Source: Phoronis australis (taxonomy: Eukaryota; Animalia; Phoronida). From it: a stretch of DNA of 64,000 bases. Under the pieces are notes generated by a model, which saw only the letters and a list, made by a program, of their open reading frames with translations, made no database searches and had not been told where the DNA came from. Location: assembly GCA_002633005.1 (NCBI GenBank), contig NMRA01000018.1:1127531-1191530 (forward strand), written 5' to 3'. The position numbers and the translations under genes are program-made. Numbering within the stretch: position 1 is the stretch's first letter; every line of letters starts with the position of its first letter. Of this stretch, positions 49,486 through 58,029 are shown in pieces.

Positions 49486-52400
49486 ATGACGGACGTTATT
49501 CGACTACAATATTTGCCAAGGTCTGCCTCCGCTGTGGACGTTCGCCAGTTTTTCCATGGTTTGTCGATCCCCGAAAGAGGTGTGCGAATTATAGGTGGTA
49601 AAAATGACGAAGCGTTTATTGTATTTTCTACCATCGCCGATGCTGCGAATGCAGTATCGCTAAATGGCAAATCGCTGAAAGGAGGAAAGGTCACTTTGCT
49701 GCCCAGCAGTCGTGCTGAAATGAAGGAACACATTGAGTCGTTTGTTCTGCAGAAAATCTCCAAACTTTCCACTTCAAAACCCAAGGTGATGAGAAAACTT
49801 GAAACCTTAGGATTTGATACAGGTAGTATGAAGAATGGTGTTTCTCGTACTGTTACGAGGACAGTTGCTTCCTGTTACTCGTTAAACAGAGATACTCGCA
49901 ACTACGTGAAACATAACACTTGTACATCGTCGGACGCATTGGCTAAATACCCAAGAAATTCTCAAGAAAACTCAAAATTGCAGGTCATTGACAAGAACCG
50001 TCACAAGGGACAGGACAAAACCATTGTGAGTGCTCACAAAGGTGATAGTTGTAACACCACTTCGATGTATGTCGGGAGGCCAGATGCGTTTGAAAGTGAA
50101 ATTGCTCTTCCAAAAAACACCAGCAAATTATCATCATCATCATCGTCATCGCTTGCTGATTCAGCTAGACCAAAGACATCGTCCTTTACAGTCAGGGCGC
50201 CCAATTTAGTAAAGCGGGGTACTCAATCGAGTGTTCCGAATGTATTGCTGAGCCCCGACTCAAAATCCAAAGACCTGCTTAACTCTGACGTTAACTGTTC
50301 AAGAACAGAAAACAAGAGATGTGGCTTAAGTTCGCTTGATAGAAAGCGTGATCTGCAAGGCATGCAGCAAGCCATGGTCTCCACAAAACTTGATACAACC
50401 CAAACTTTGGTTCCCACTGACAAGTCCTCACACAGTCATAACGGTGAACTAGAAGATCGTCAAATAACACCTCGTCAAAGCGGTGTCAATGAAGTAAATC
50501 AGAAAAACACCTTAAACAGTGCTAGTAATCATCACGTCAGTAGAAATGGAACTTGCGGCAATACATCAAGTCATCGATATGATGATCTTTCTCAATTCCG
50601 CGCTATCATTTCTGAACAACAGAATGCTTCACACTCGGATGCCAATACCGCAACCATCATAACACAAGCATCGGAAAAGGATGCGTCGTGGATGAAGAAC
50701 TTGGCCTCTGTTGTGGCGCGAGCTACGACGACGCTGAAAACAAAGTTTCGGAAAAATAAAGGCATCGGTAATTGTTCTGAAAAGGAGCAGAGCAATATTT
50801 CAACCCGTTGTCAAAATAGTAGTGTAAACAATGTCAACCTTGACAATAGCAACAGCAGTGTATCAGATAGCCCTGACATGAGTGGCATGAATAGTTTGTC
50901 GATTGTTGACAACCAGGATGTCAGTTCTAACCGAACAAGTCTCAATAAGGCCGCTGACAGAGTCTGTTCTACGCTTGACAGGAGCGACACGTACGACCGA
51001 AGTTATGTGGACAGTCCGTCTGCACTTTCAAAAAAACATTCCCAGAAAGAATTTGACAGGGCTGACAACAACAAATCAAGCCAGGTCATTGAAAACGAGA
51101 GCTCCAAGTCGTGTGGTGAGGAAAGGTCATTTGAAGTAAATGATCCGGACATAAATTGTAACGACACTGACGTACACGTAGGTGATTGTTTAAACAATTG
51201 CCTTAGTGCCTCACATAAATCAGCAGTCTTTGGCAATCAAAGTTGTGAGGAAGTTGCATCAGAAAGAGAACAAGCGCGTGCCTGCTTAGTGTCAAGTGAT
51301 TCAGTCACGTGTCTTAACGCTAACGTTGGGCCTCACGATTGTCATCAATTACCTGCAGTGAAAGGGAAATGTATTGAAGAGGACGTCGGGCTGCCTTCTC
51401 TCTCTGAGACAGTGGAGGCTTCTGCTCCGTCACCTTCAGTGCCTCAAGAAATAACCAATAGTTGCTCTGAGGTTGAAACATTGCCTAGCGTTGTTGGGAA
51501 TCCAATCGTCACTAAGACTGAGTTTCTTAACAACTCGGCAGGGGAGACGTCTGATGCTAAGGACTCAACCACCTGTTGTCTGGATGATTTGAATGATTCT
51601 GATGACAGCTGTGAGTGGTTAAGTGACGGCGTCGGTGAGTTTACTCTTGACGAAGACTATGGTGGTGAAAACAATGAACATACTAGGGATTTCGACATTT
51701 TCCATAGCATCGGTAATTGCGATAAAGTCGGTGAGCAAGTCGAATTACCGGCATCCGTCGCAGAATTTATTGAAAAATATCCTCGGTTGGTTACGATCAA
51801 ACTATTGAGGTGCTCTATCCCAGATTCAGACCTTACTGGCGTCGGAATTCAGATCTGTTGCCGACCAGAGACGGCGTGCATCAGTGACGCCTATTGGTGC
51901 CTAGGTCATGCTGAGTGTAACGAGGAACAAGTGCATTTTGTAAAGCATCTCGTTGATACCGAAGCAGGGAGGTTCGGTAATGGAAAATTAGATATCCACC
52001 TGTGCTCCTTCCCTAAGAGTGCGTCTGATGTCGAGGTGCGGTCACTTTTCACCGGTATTGATATACAGCCCTGTCCTTTTGCACATGAAATAAACAGAGG
52101 TACCGAAAGTAAATCGTATGAGTTGGTAAACAGTTCGCAGTACAGGGAAATGACAATCGGCACAGCAAGAGACGTGAACAAGATGCTAACATCAGATACA
52201 CTAAACAACGTGTTAGAAATTAAACAGCTACAGGACGATGCCCAATACGTGGCAACCGAAGGAGACATTCGCCGTGTTTTTATAAATAGTGTCGAAAACG
52301 AAGTGACATCTAAAGACAATCAGAGCGACATTCGAATTGTTCAACTAGCAAACAAAGAGGTAATGGCCCAAGGCTGCTCTGACAAGGATAATAATTCGAA

Positions 52401-55400
52401 TTGCGTAAAGATTGACACGTTGGAGTCTAGTGCGGACCCAATAGGTTGTTTTCCTATCGCTGCCCACGCCATCAGTAACACCGATGAAGCTGTTGTGAAC
52501 AGATCAAGCTCTTCCACCAATGGACGCGAGAGCATAGCGTCTTTACTACCAAGCCAATCTACTATTGCTGAGTCGGTAAAAAAATCTCGCAACACAAATG
52601 GCAACATCCTTCAAACACAAAGCAATGTTTTATCACAGATGCCCTGTACGTTGTCAGGTTCGATTCTAACGAACTCCTTTTCTCCTGTAGCCAACTGGAC
52701 CAAAGAAGTGAAAGTCTGTGATGATACTTTCCCTGATGAAGAACGCTCTATTCTGTCTAAGGAAATTTTGCCAAGTGATTGTGGCGGAGGAGACGTTTTC
52801 ATTTATGAGTCGCCAGTGTGTAAAGATATAAACAGTAAAAAGGCCAGTTCTGGGGATGTATCCAGTGGCCCAGAAAAGTATTGCTCCGGAGCTGCAACCG
52901 ACAGCCCTGTGAATCCGGAGAACATAAATTCCGGATTATCACTTGAACAACATCACAACTTAAACGCTTCTCGTTCAAGTGGTTCCTTTTCTGAGAAAGA
53001 CGAACATTGTGCAGTTGCGTTAGGTACTCAAAAGAACAGTGAAAGTACAAGTAGCTGTGGTGTTCGTATGTTCCAGAAGGGAATCGATTCTGGTGTATCC
53101 GCAGTTAACCAGGATAACAGTGTTGAGATAAATCCCTGGGATTCTGGCGTATCTCGGAGTGAAAGTAGTACGCTCGCTTCTTGTGAAAATTCTGCTTCCG
53201 AAAAAGACCAATGCAGTTGTTCTGCACGTGGTGTACCTGAAGGCCCAGGAGATAGCCCTGGGCATGCAAAGAGTCTCAAAGAAAGTGTGTGCGAATACTC
53301 TCAATGTCTCCACAGTTGCTATAATCCTTCTTGCTTTGACATACCTTCTGCTGCATGCCTTATGGAAGGTGTAGATGGCCAGGATACAAGTCCTGAAAAA
53401 GCGCCAGGTAGTCACGGGGACAATAGGAAGAGCACTGTTAGGAATAACGGTGTTACTCGAGAAAATGGTAACGAAAAATCGTTCAGAGCTAATCCCTGTT
53501 GCAAATGTCACGGTGTCGCACATGGCCAACCTCTAGATAATAATAAAAACACACGGAAGTGTGAAAGCCACTGGTCTGACCCGAATTCCGTCGAAGCATC
53601 CTGCAATTTATCTGATAGAATCCTTGGAAGTTTAAAAAACCAGCAGATCATTGGAGGAAAGAAGGGATTAAATTGCGGCGAGCGTACAACTTCTCAAAAC
53701 AAAGAAAAATATGGCGATAATCAGGCTTGTCAAGGAAGAAACAGAAATAGTTGTCGTGACTGGACAGATCGTAATGATGAGGTCATTTCTCGTAAGATCG
53801 GCCGTACCATGAATGAAATTCAAGAAGGTCAAAATGACTACAGAACTCACGAAAATGTTGGTCGCACACGTGTAGACTACAGCGATGTTATTTCCGGGTG
53901 TTCGATGGAACGTGATTGTTCCAGTCTCGTTGAAAAAACCGGCGAGAGTTTTTTTGTTGAGGTTATCAATATTCCCCAGTCGTGTACTAAGCCGAGTATC
54001 GTAGATTTTTTCGCCGACATCTGTGTGTTGCCAGGAGATATTACCTTATGTCTTGACCCCGACGCAATGCAACGAATGTCGGCATATGTAAAGTTTTCAA
54101 ACAAGAATGACATGGAAAAAGCAATAAGTTTCTCTGGGAACTCAATTACGTCGTGTGCTGTAACTGTTCGTGAAGTTGAGATGGCATTTGTGCGTGAACA
54201 CTCTGGTTGCGTGTCTGAGTGTCGAACCAGAAAAGATGAGAAGCAGTCGTGCTCCGAGAACGTCGACAATAAATCGAACTCGACTCGTCAGAAGCCGACA
54301 TTTGAGCAGAGTAGTGGCGATGTCGAAACAAGACCCGTTCCTGAGAATGGGGACATTCGCATAGTTCAACTAGCTAATGAAGTCGAGGATGACAACATGA
54401 AGCTGGTTAGGAAAAGCCATGCAACATACAATGCGACTGATTCGCATATCGACAATGCCATTCGCCCGTCTAGGGCGAAGATACGAACAGTTAGTCCATC
54501 AACAAAGAAACCGGACAAAAGCTTTTGTGTTGAGATTACGAATATTCCACAGCCTTGCACCAAGCTTAGTATCATGAATTTCTTTACAGGCATATGTGTG
54601 GTGCCAGGAGCAATTACTTTATGTTTTGACTCAGACTCTGGGCAACAAGTATCTGCCTTCGTGGAATTTTTTAACAAAACAGATATGAGAAAGGCGCTAC
54701 ATTATTCGGGCAAGACTATCGCCTCGCGTGTTGTATCTGTGCATGAAGTGGACAAAGTTTCTATGCTGAAACAGTTAACTCACGTGCCTGTTTGTCGAAC
54801 TGATGAAAGGGAGCGGACACAAAGTGGGCCTTTAGAAGAGGAATGTAGTTCGGCATTGTTCCCTGAAAAATGTAAAGCGGATGTTGATTACCATGATGTC
54901 CAAAAATGTTCTACAAGAACGAGTAAAGATGTTCGCTTACTGGAAGTGGCACGTGAAGTTAAGTATGGCGGCAATGATTCAATGGATTTACCGCTTATTG
55001 ACATTGCGGTTAATACCCCGGTAGAAAGTTCGTCGGGAATAGGAAATTCAGTGATGTCTGAGCCCGAAAAATTGGCCCGCTTTCAGAGTACATCTGAAGA
55101 CAAAGACGTGCGTGTAATTACGCTTAAGTCTGATTCCTATTCCACTATACCATCGGCTGGAGAATGCAGCCACTCCCCACCAACTCCAGCCACTGGCGAA
55201 GCATCTGTCAAGCGAGACAGTAAAGTAACGGGTGATAAACGCAGTTCTGCGTTTTTTCAAAATCGGAAGCGTAGACCAGACGATTGTTGTGAAATGTCAC
55301 CTACTATTCCGTCGGACAATTCCTCGCCAAAGGCGCCACTTGTGTGCATGTCGAACAACCACGTAAACTTACTTTTGGCGCCAACAACTGAGGACAGATG

Positions 55401-58029
55401 TTTTCGATTAACCGGGGTTCCTCCTGCTTTAACTCGTAAAGACCTCAAACGTATGTTGGAAAACGTAGTGGAGCCCGATAGAATCCAGCTGTTTAACCAC
55501 GATCCTCACAACTACCCTGGTGGCGTTGGTTATTTGTGTCTAAAGGACCAGAGATCATGCATCTCACTACTTAAATCAAATCGCGTGCGTTTTGGTTCTC
55601 TAACGAAATGTACCAACAGAGAATTTTCCCATGCTAAAGATCCTATGTATGTCAAATCTGCCAGGGAGAATCAAGAGCGAGGTTGCGTCACGTGGGTTTC
55701 CTTGAGTAATTTGCCACCATCCATAACTTCAGCTGGCGTGCTTACTCTGTTCAAAGATTACAGTCCCGTTGTGTCGTCGTTGTATCTAGATTGTGTGAAT
55801 GGGGATCCAAGGAATGGAAAAAGTGGCAATGCATTTCTGAAGTTAGGGAAAGAATGCGACGTTTTGCACGCTGTCAATTTCAGTAAAAAGTTTTCAATTT
55901 GCGGTTTTACCGTCAAGGTGAAGCGTGTTTCTCCAACGGAGGTTTTTCAGCAACTGTATTCCAGAGCATGCGGCCTACGAACCACTCCCTATTCAGCAAA
56001 AGAACGGGCAATTTTGGGAAGAGAGACATTCTGCGTCTCCCTTAAAGCTCGCACCCAGAGCCTTACAGAGCGTGATGCATTAGAATTACTCAACGGACTA
56101 ACGATAGCTAAGGACGGTGTACACGTTTTGCGTAGAACAGATGGTCTACTGACAGGTGACTGTTTTGTGGAGCTAGTTTACCAAAGTCAACTTCGTTGGG
56201 CTGTTTTGCGTTCTTTGCTTAACACACGAATTGGGCATGTTTCTGTAAAGCGTATGACCAGAGCAGAATTTCTCAGGCGTCTGGGCGTGTCTTGTCTGAG
56301 GCATGATTGGGGTTTCCATTATTCTCGTCCCACAAAGTTCAATACGCTGGATTCTATTAAGGAAGAAGGCAGTGGGTGTAAGATCAACGCTCTCAGCCTA
56401 ACTGCTTCCGAAAATGATACTACTCGAGAACGCACACTTCCATGTGAAAAATCACCGGTTAAAAAATGTGACGTAGAATTGAACTTGCGTGGTCGAATAG
56501 AGGGCATCCCAACACGTCTTGACCTGCGTTCTGGAAGCATAGTCCCATCTTCTGCTGTTGATTCTAATTCATTACCGTTATCGAAAACGCCTTCAAAGAA
56601 ACGTAAGTCGGTTTCTGAAAGCAAACTCACAAGTTCTGTAGTCGAGTCGGATTCAGTACCTTTATCGACTACTCCTGCAAAGAAACACAAGTTATGCGAT
56701 GAAGTTCGTGATGGTACTGTTTACGTACGAAATCACATGACAACTTCAAACCAGTCTCCCAACTGCGTCATGCAAAGGTCCGTCTTGTCCAATGAGATGG
56801 GACGTGGCCACAAGCGAAACGAACAAGACAGAGAAGCTAGTGACACTAAATACATCTCATCGTCCGTTAACGTGAACAGCGTTTCAACCGTAGGTGACAT
56901 CACAAGTAGCAGCGAAAAAAGGGCGGCTGTGAAAAAGGCACGTGTGACACTTAAAACTAAGGGAAACTTTGGAGTTTCTAAGCGAAACCAGGTATTGTGC
57001 AACAACGCCAGTGCAGAAAAGGGATCCCTGAACGAGAATAAAGAGCGGAAACTAGTTGTGCGTAGTGAGACCTTAAATTTGCGGGCTGCGGGTCCTTTTT
57101 ACATCGAATTGTGGGATTTGCTTCCCAGTGTTACGCGTGAGAATATAGCCCATGCGCTGTCACAGTTTGGTGTTACCTCCATTTCAAACAGTGACGTCAT
57201 AATCGAGCACATACACGGAAATAACCTTAATGGTTGTACTGGAAAAGGACTTCTGCGATTGCGTGATCGCCAGCAATTTCGAAACTGTGAGAATTGTTTG
57301 AAAAAGCTTAAGATAGCGTTTAGTAGCATTGAAACCGAAGCCGCCGAAAGAATTATTGCAACTAGTTCCACGCGAAATCTGAGTCTTGGTCCTCACCAAA
57401 ACGCAGTCGGCGCTTACTTCCGGTGTTCCACCGTTATCTGTGTGGAATTGAAATTTTACCGTCCACCTATCGGCGAGACGTCCATTCGGTCGTTTTTAAA
57501 GGGGTATCACGTTGCAGACGACATGGTTCATATTCAGTTAAATTCTAGTGGATACGCAAGTGAATGTTTCATCGAATTCACTGACCATCAGAAGGCGATT
57601 TATTTTCGCCGCTGGGCCTTGCATGCACCAATCGCCGTGCTCATGCGGAATAACATATCTTCAGTTAACTTTGTGGGTAGTGAAGAAATGTTGTTCAGAA
57701 TGGGTTTGCTGTTGTACACTCCACTTTTGAAGCAGTGTGCGTCCATGGAAAAGACTTTGAGAACATATCTTGATGCTAAATGTTTAGTTCACGTTTCAAA
57801 TGTCTCTAATAAGTTGACGTGTAACCAGGTGAAAGACCTGGTGTCGCCTTTCATTCCCATTAATGAACTTTTCCGTCTGAGAACAAGTAGTATGAATTCC
57901 AATGAGGCCGTGATGGCTTTTGCCGCTCCTGGTTTGGCGAGACAAGCGATATGTAAGCTGGAGTCCAATGCAGTGTATGGACGAAAGTTGAAGTGCTCGT
58001 TCCTTGACAAATTAGACAAGTGGTATTGA
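49486..58029 (+). CDS. RBM12: Giant RBM12/RBM12B-like multi-RRM RNA-binding protein, 2847 aa, single coding exon
   Basis: 8544-nt stop-free ORF. N-terminus VIRLQYLPRSASAVDVRQFFHGLSIPERGVRIIGG..EAFIVF matches RBM12 RRM1 (VIRLQGLP...DIRHFFSGLTIPDGGVHIVGGELGEAFIVF). About eight further hnRNPH/ESRP/RBM12-type RRMs follow. A splice acceptor (ttcgtttcag, ending 49469) lies just before the ATG. Orthology versus paralogy is unresolved. Confidence 0.85.
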   Translation: MTDVIRLQYLPRSASAVDVRQFFHGLSIPERGVRIIGGKNDEAFIVFSTIADAANAVSLNGKSLKGGKVTLLPSSRAEMKEHIESFVLQKISKLSTSKPKVMRKLETLGFDTGSMKNGVSRTVTRTVASCYSLNRDTRNYVKHNTCTSSDALAKYPRNSQENSKLQVIDKNRHKGQDKTIVSAHKGDSCNTTSMYVGRPDAFESEIALPKNTSKLSSSSSSSLADSARPKTSSFTVRAPNLVKRGTQSSVPNVLLSPDSKSKDLLNSDVNCSRTENKRCGLSSLDRKRDLQGMQQAMVSTKLDTTQTLVPTDKSSHSHNGELEDRQITPRQSGVNEVNQKNTLNSASNHHVSRNGTCGNTSSHRYDDLSQFRAIISEQQNASHSDANTATIITQASEKDASWMKNLASVVARATTTLKTKFRKNKGIGNCSEKEQSNISTRCQNSSVNNVNLDNSNSSVSDSPDMSGMNSLSIVDNQDVSSNRTSLNKAADRVCSTLDRSDTYDRSYVDSPSALSKKHSQKEFDRADNNKSSQVIENESSKSCGEERSFEVNDPDINCNDTDVHVGDCLNNCLSASHKSAVFGNQSCEEVASEREQARACLVSSDSVTCLNANVGPHDCHQLPAVKGKCIEEDVGLPSLSETVEASAPSPSVPQEITNSCSEVETLPSVVGNPIVTKTEFLNNSAGETSDAKDSTTCCLDDLNDSDDSCEWLSDGVGEFTLDEDYGGENNEHTRDFDIFHSIGNCDKVGEQVELPASVAEFIEKYPRLVTIKLLRCSIPDSDLTGVGIQICCRPETACISDAYWCLGHAECNEEQVHFVKHLVDTEAGRFGNGKLDIHLCSFPKSASDVEVRSLFTGIDIQPCPFAHEINRGTESKSYELVNSSQYREMTIGTARDVNKMLTSDTLNNVLEIKQLQDDAQYVATEGDIRRVFINSVENEVTSKDNQSDIRIVQLANKEVMAQGCSDKDNNSNCVKIDTLESSADPIGCFPIAAHAISNTDEAVVNRSSSSTNGRESIASLLPSQSTIAESVKKSRNTNGNILQTQSNVLSQMPCTLSGSILTNSFSPVANWTKEVKVCDDTFPDEERSILSKEILPSDCGGGDVFIYESPVCKDINSKKASSGDVSSGPEKYCSGAATDSPVNPENINSGLSLEQHHNLNASRSSGSFSEKDEHCAVALGTQKNSESTSSCGVRMFQKGIDSGVSAVNQDNSVEINPWDSGVSRSESSTLASCENSASEKDQCSCSARGVPEGPGDSPGHAKSLKESVCEYSQCLHSCYNPSCFDIPSAACLMEGVDGQDTSPEKAPGSHGDNRKSTVRNNGVTRENGNEKSFRANPCCKCHGVAHGQPLDNNKNTRKCESHWSDPNSVEASCNLSDRILGSLKNQQIIGGKKGLNCGERTTSQNKEKYGDNQACQGRNRNSCRDWTDRNDEVISRKIGRTMNEIQEGQNDYRTHENVGRTRVDYSDVISGCSMERDCSSLVEKTGESFFVEVINIPQSCTKPSIVDFFADICVLPGDITLCLDPDAMQRMSAYVKFSNKNDMEKAISFSGNSITSCAVTVREVEMAFVREHSGCVSECRTRKDEKQSCSENVDNKSNSTRQKPTFEQSSGDVETRPVPENGDIRIVQLANEVEDDNMKLVRKSHATYNATDSHIDNAIRPSRAKIRTVSPSTKKPDKSFCVEITNIPQPCTKLSIMNFFTGICVVPGAITLCFDSDSGQQVSAFVEFFNKTDMRKALHYSGKTIASRVVSVHEVDKVSMLKQLTHVPVCRTDERERTQSGPLEEECSSALFPEKCKADVDYHDVQKCSTRTSKDVRLLEVAREVKYGGNDSMDLPLIDIAVNTPVESSSGIGNSVMSEPEKLARFQSTSEDKDVRVITLKSDSYSTIPSAGECSHSPPTPATGEASVKRDSKVTGDKRSSAFFQNRKRRPDDCCEMSPTIPSDNSSPKAPLVCMSNNHVNLLLAPTTEDRCFRLTGVPPALTRKDLKRMLENVVEPDRIQLFNHDPHNYPGGVGYLCLKDQRSCISLLKSNRVRFGSLTKCTNREFSHAKDPMYVKSARENQERGCVTWVSLSNLPPSITSAGVLTLFKDYSPVVSSLYLDCVNGDPRNGKSGNAFLKLGKECDVLHAVNFSKKFSICGFTVKVKRVSPTEVFQQLYSRACGLRTTPYSAKERAILGRETFCVSLKARTQSLTERDALELLNGLTIAKDGVHVLRRTDGLLTGDCFVELVYQSQLRWAVLRSLLNTRIGHVSVKRMTRAEFLRRLGVSCLRHDWGFHYSRPTKFNTLDSIKEEGSGCKINALSLTASENDTTRERTLPCEKSPVKKCDVELNLRGRIEGIPTRLDLRSGSIVPSSAVDSNSLPLSKTPSKKRKSVSESKLTSSVVESDSVPLSTTPAKKHKLCDEVRDGTVYVRNHMTTSNQSPNCVMQRSVLSNEMGRGHKRNEQDREASDTKYISSSVNVNSVSTVGDITSSSEKRAAVKKARVTLKTKGNFGVSKRNQVLCNNASAEKGSLNENKERKLVVRSETLNLRAAGPFYIELWDLLPSVTRENIAHALSQFGVTSISNSDVIIEHIHGNNLNGCTGKGLLRLRDRQQFRNCENCLKKLKIAFSSIETEAAERIIATSSTRNLSLGPHQNAVGAYFRCSTVICVELKFYRPPIGETSIRSFLKGYHVADDMVHIQLNSSGYASECFIEFTDHQKAIYFRRWALHAPIAVLMRNNISSVNFVGSEEMLFRMGLLLYTPLLKQCASMEKTLRTYLDAKCLVHVSNVSNKLTCNQVKDLVSPFIPINELFRLRTSSMNSNEAVMAFAAPGLARQAICKLESNAVYGRKLKCSFLDKLDKWY

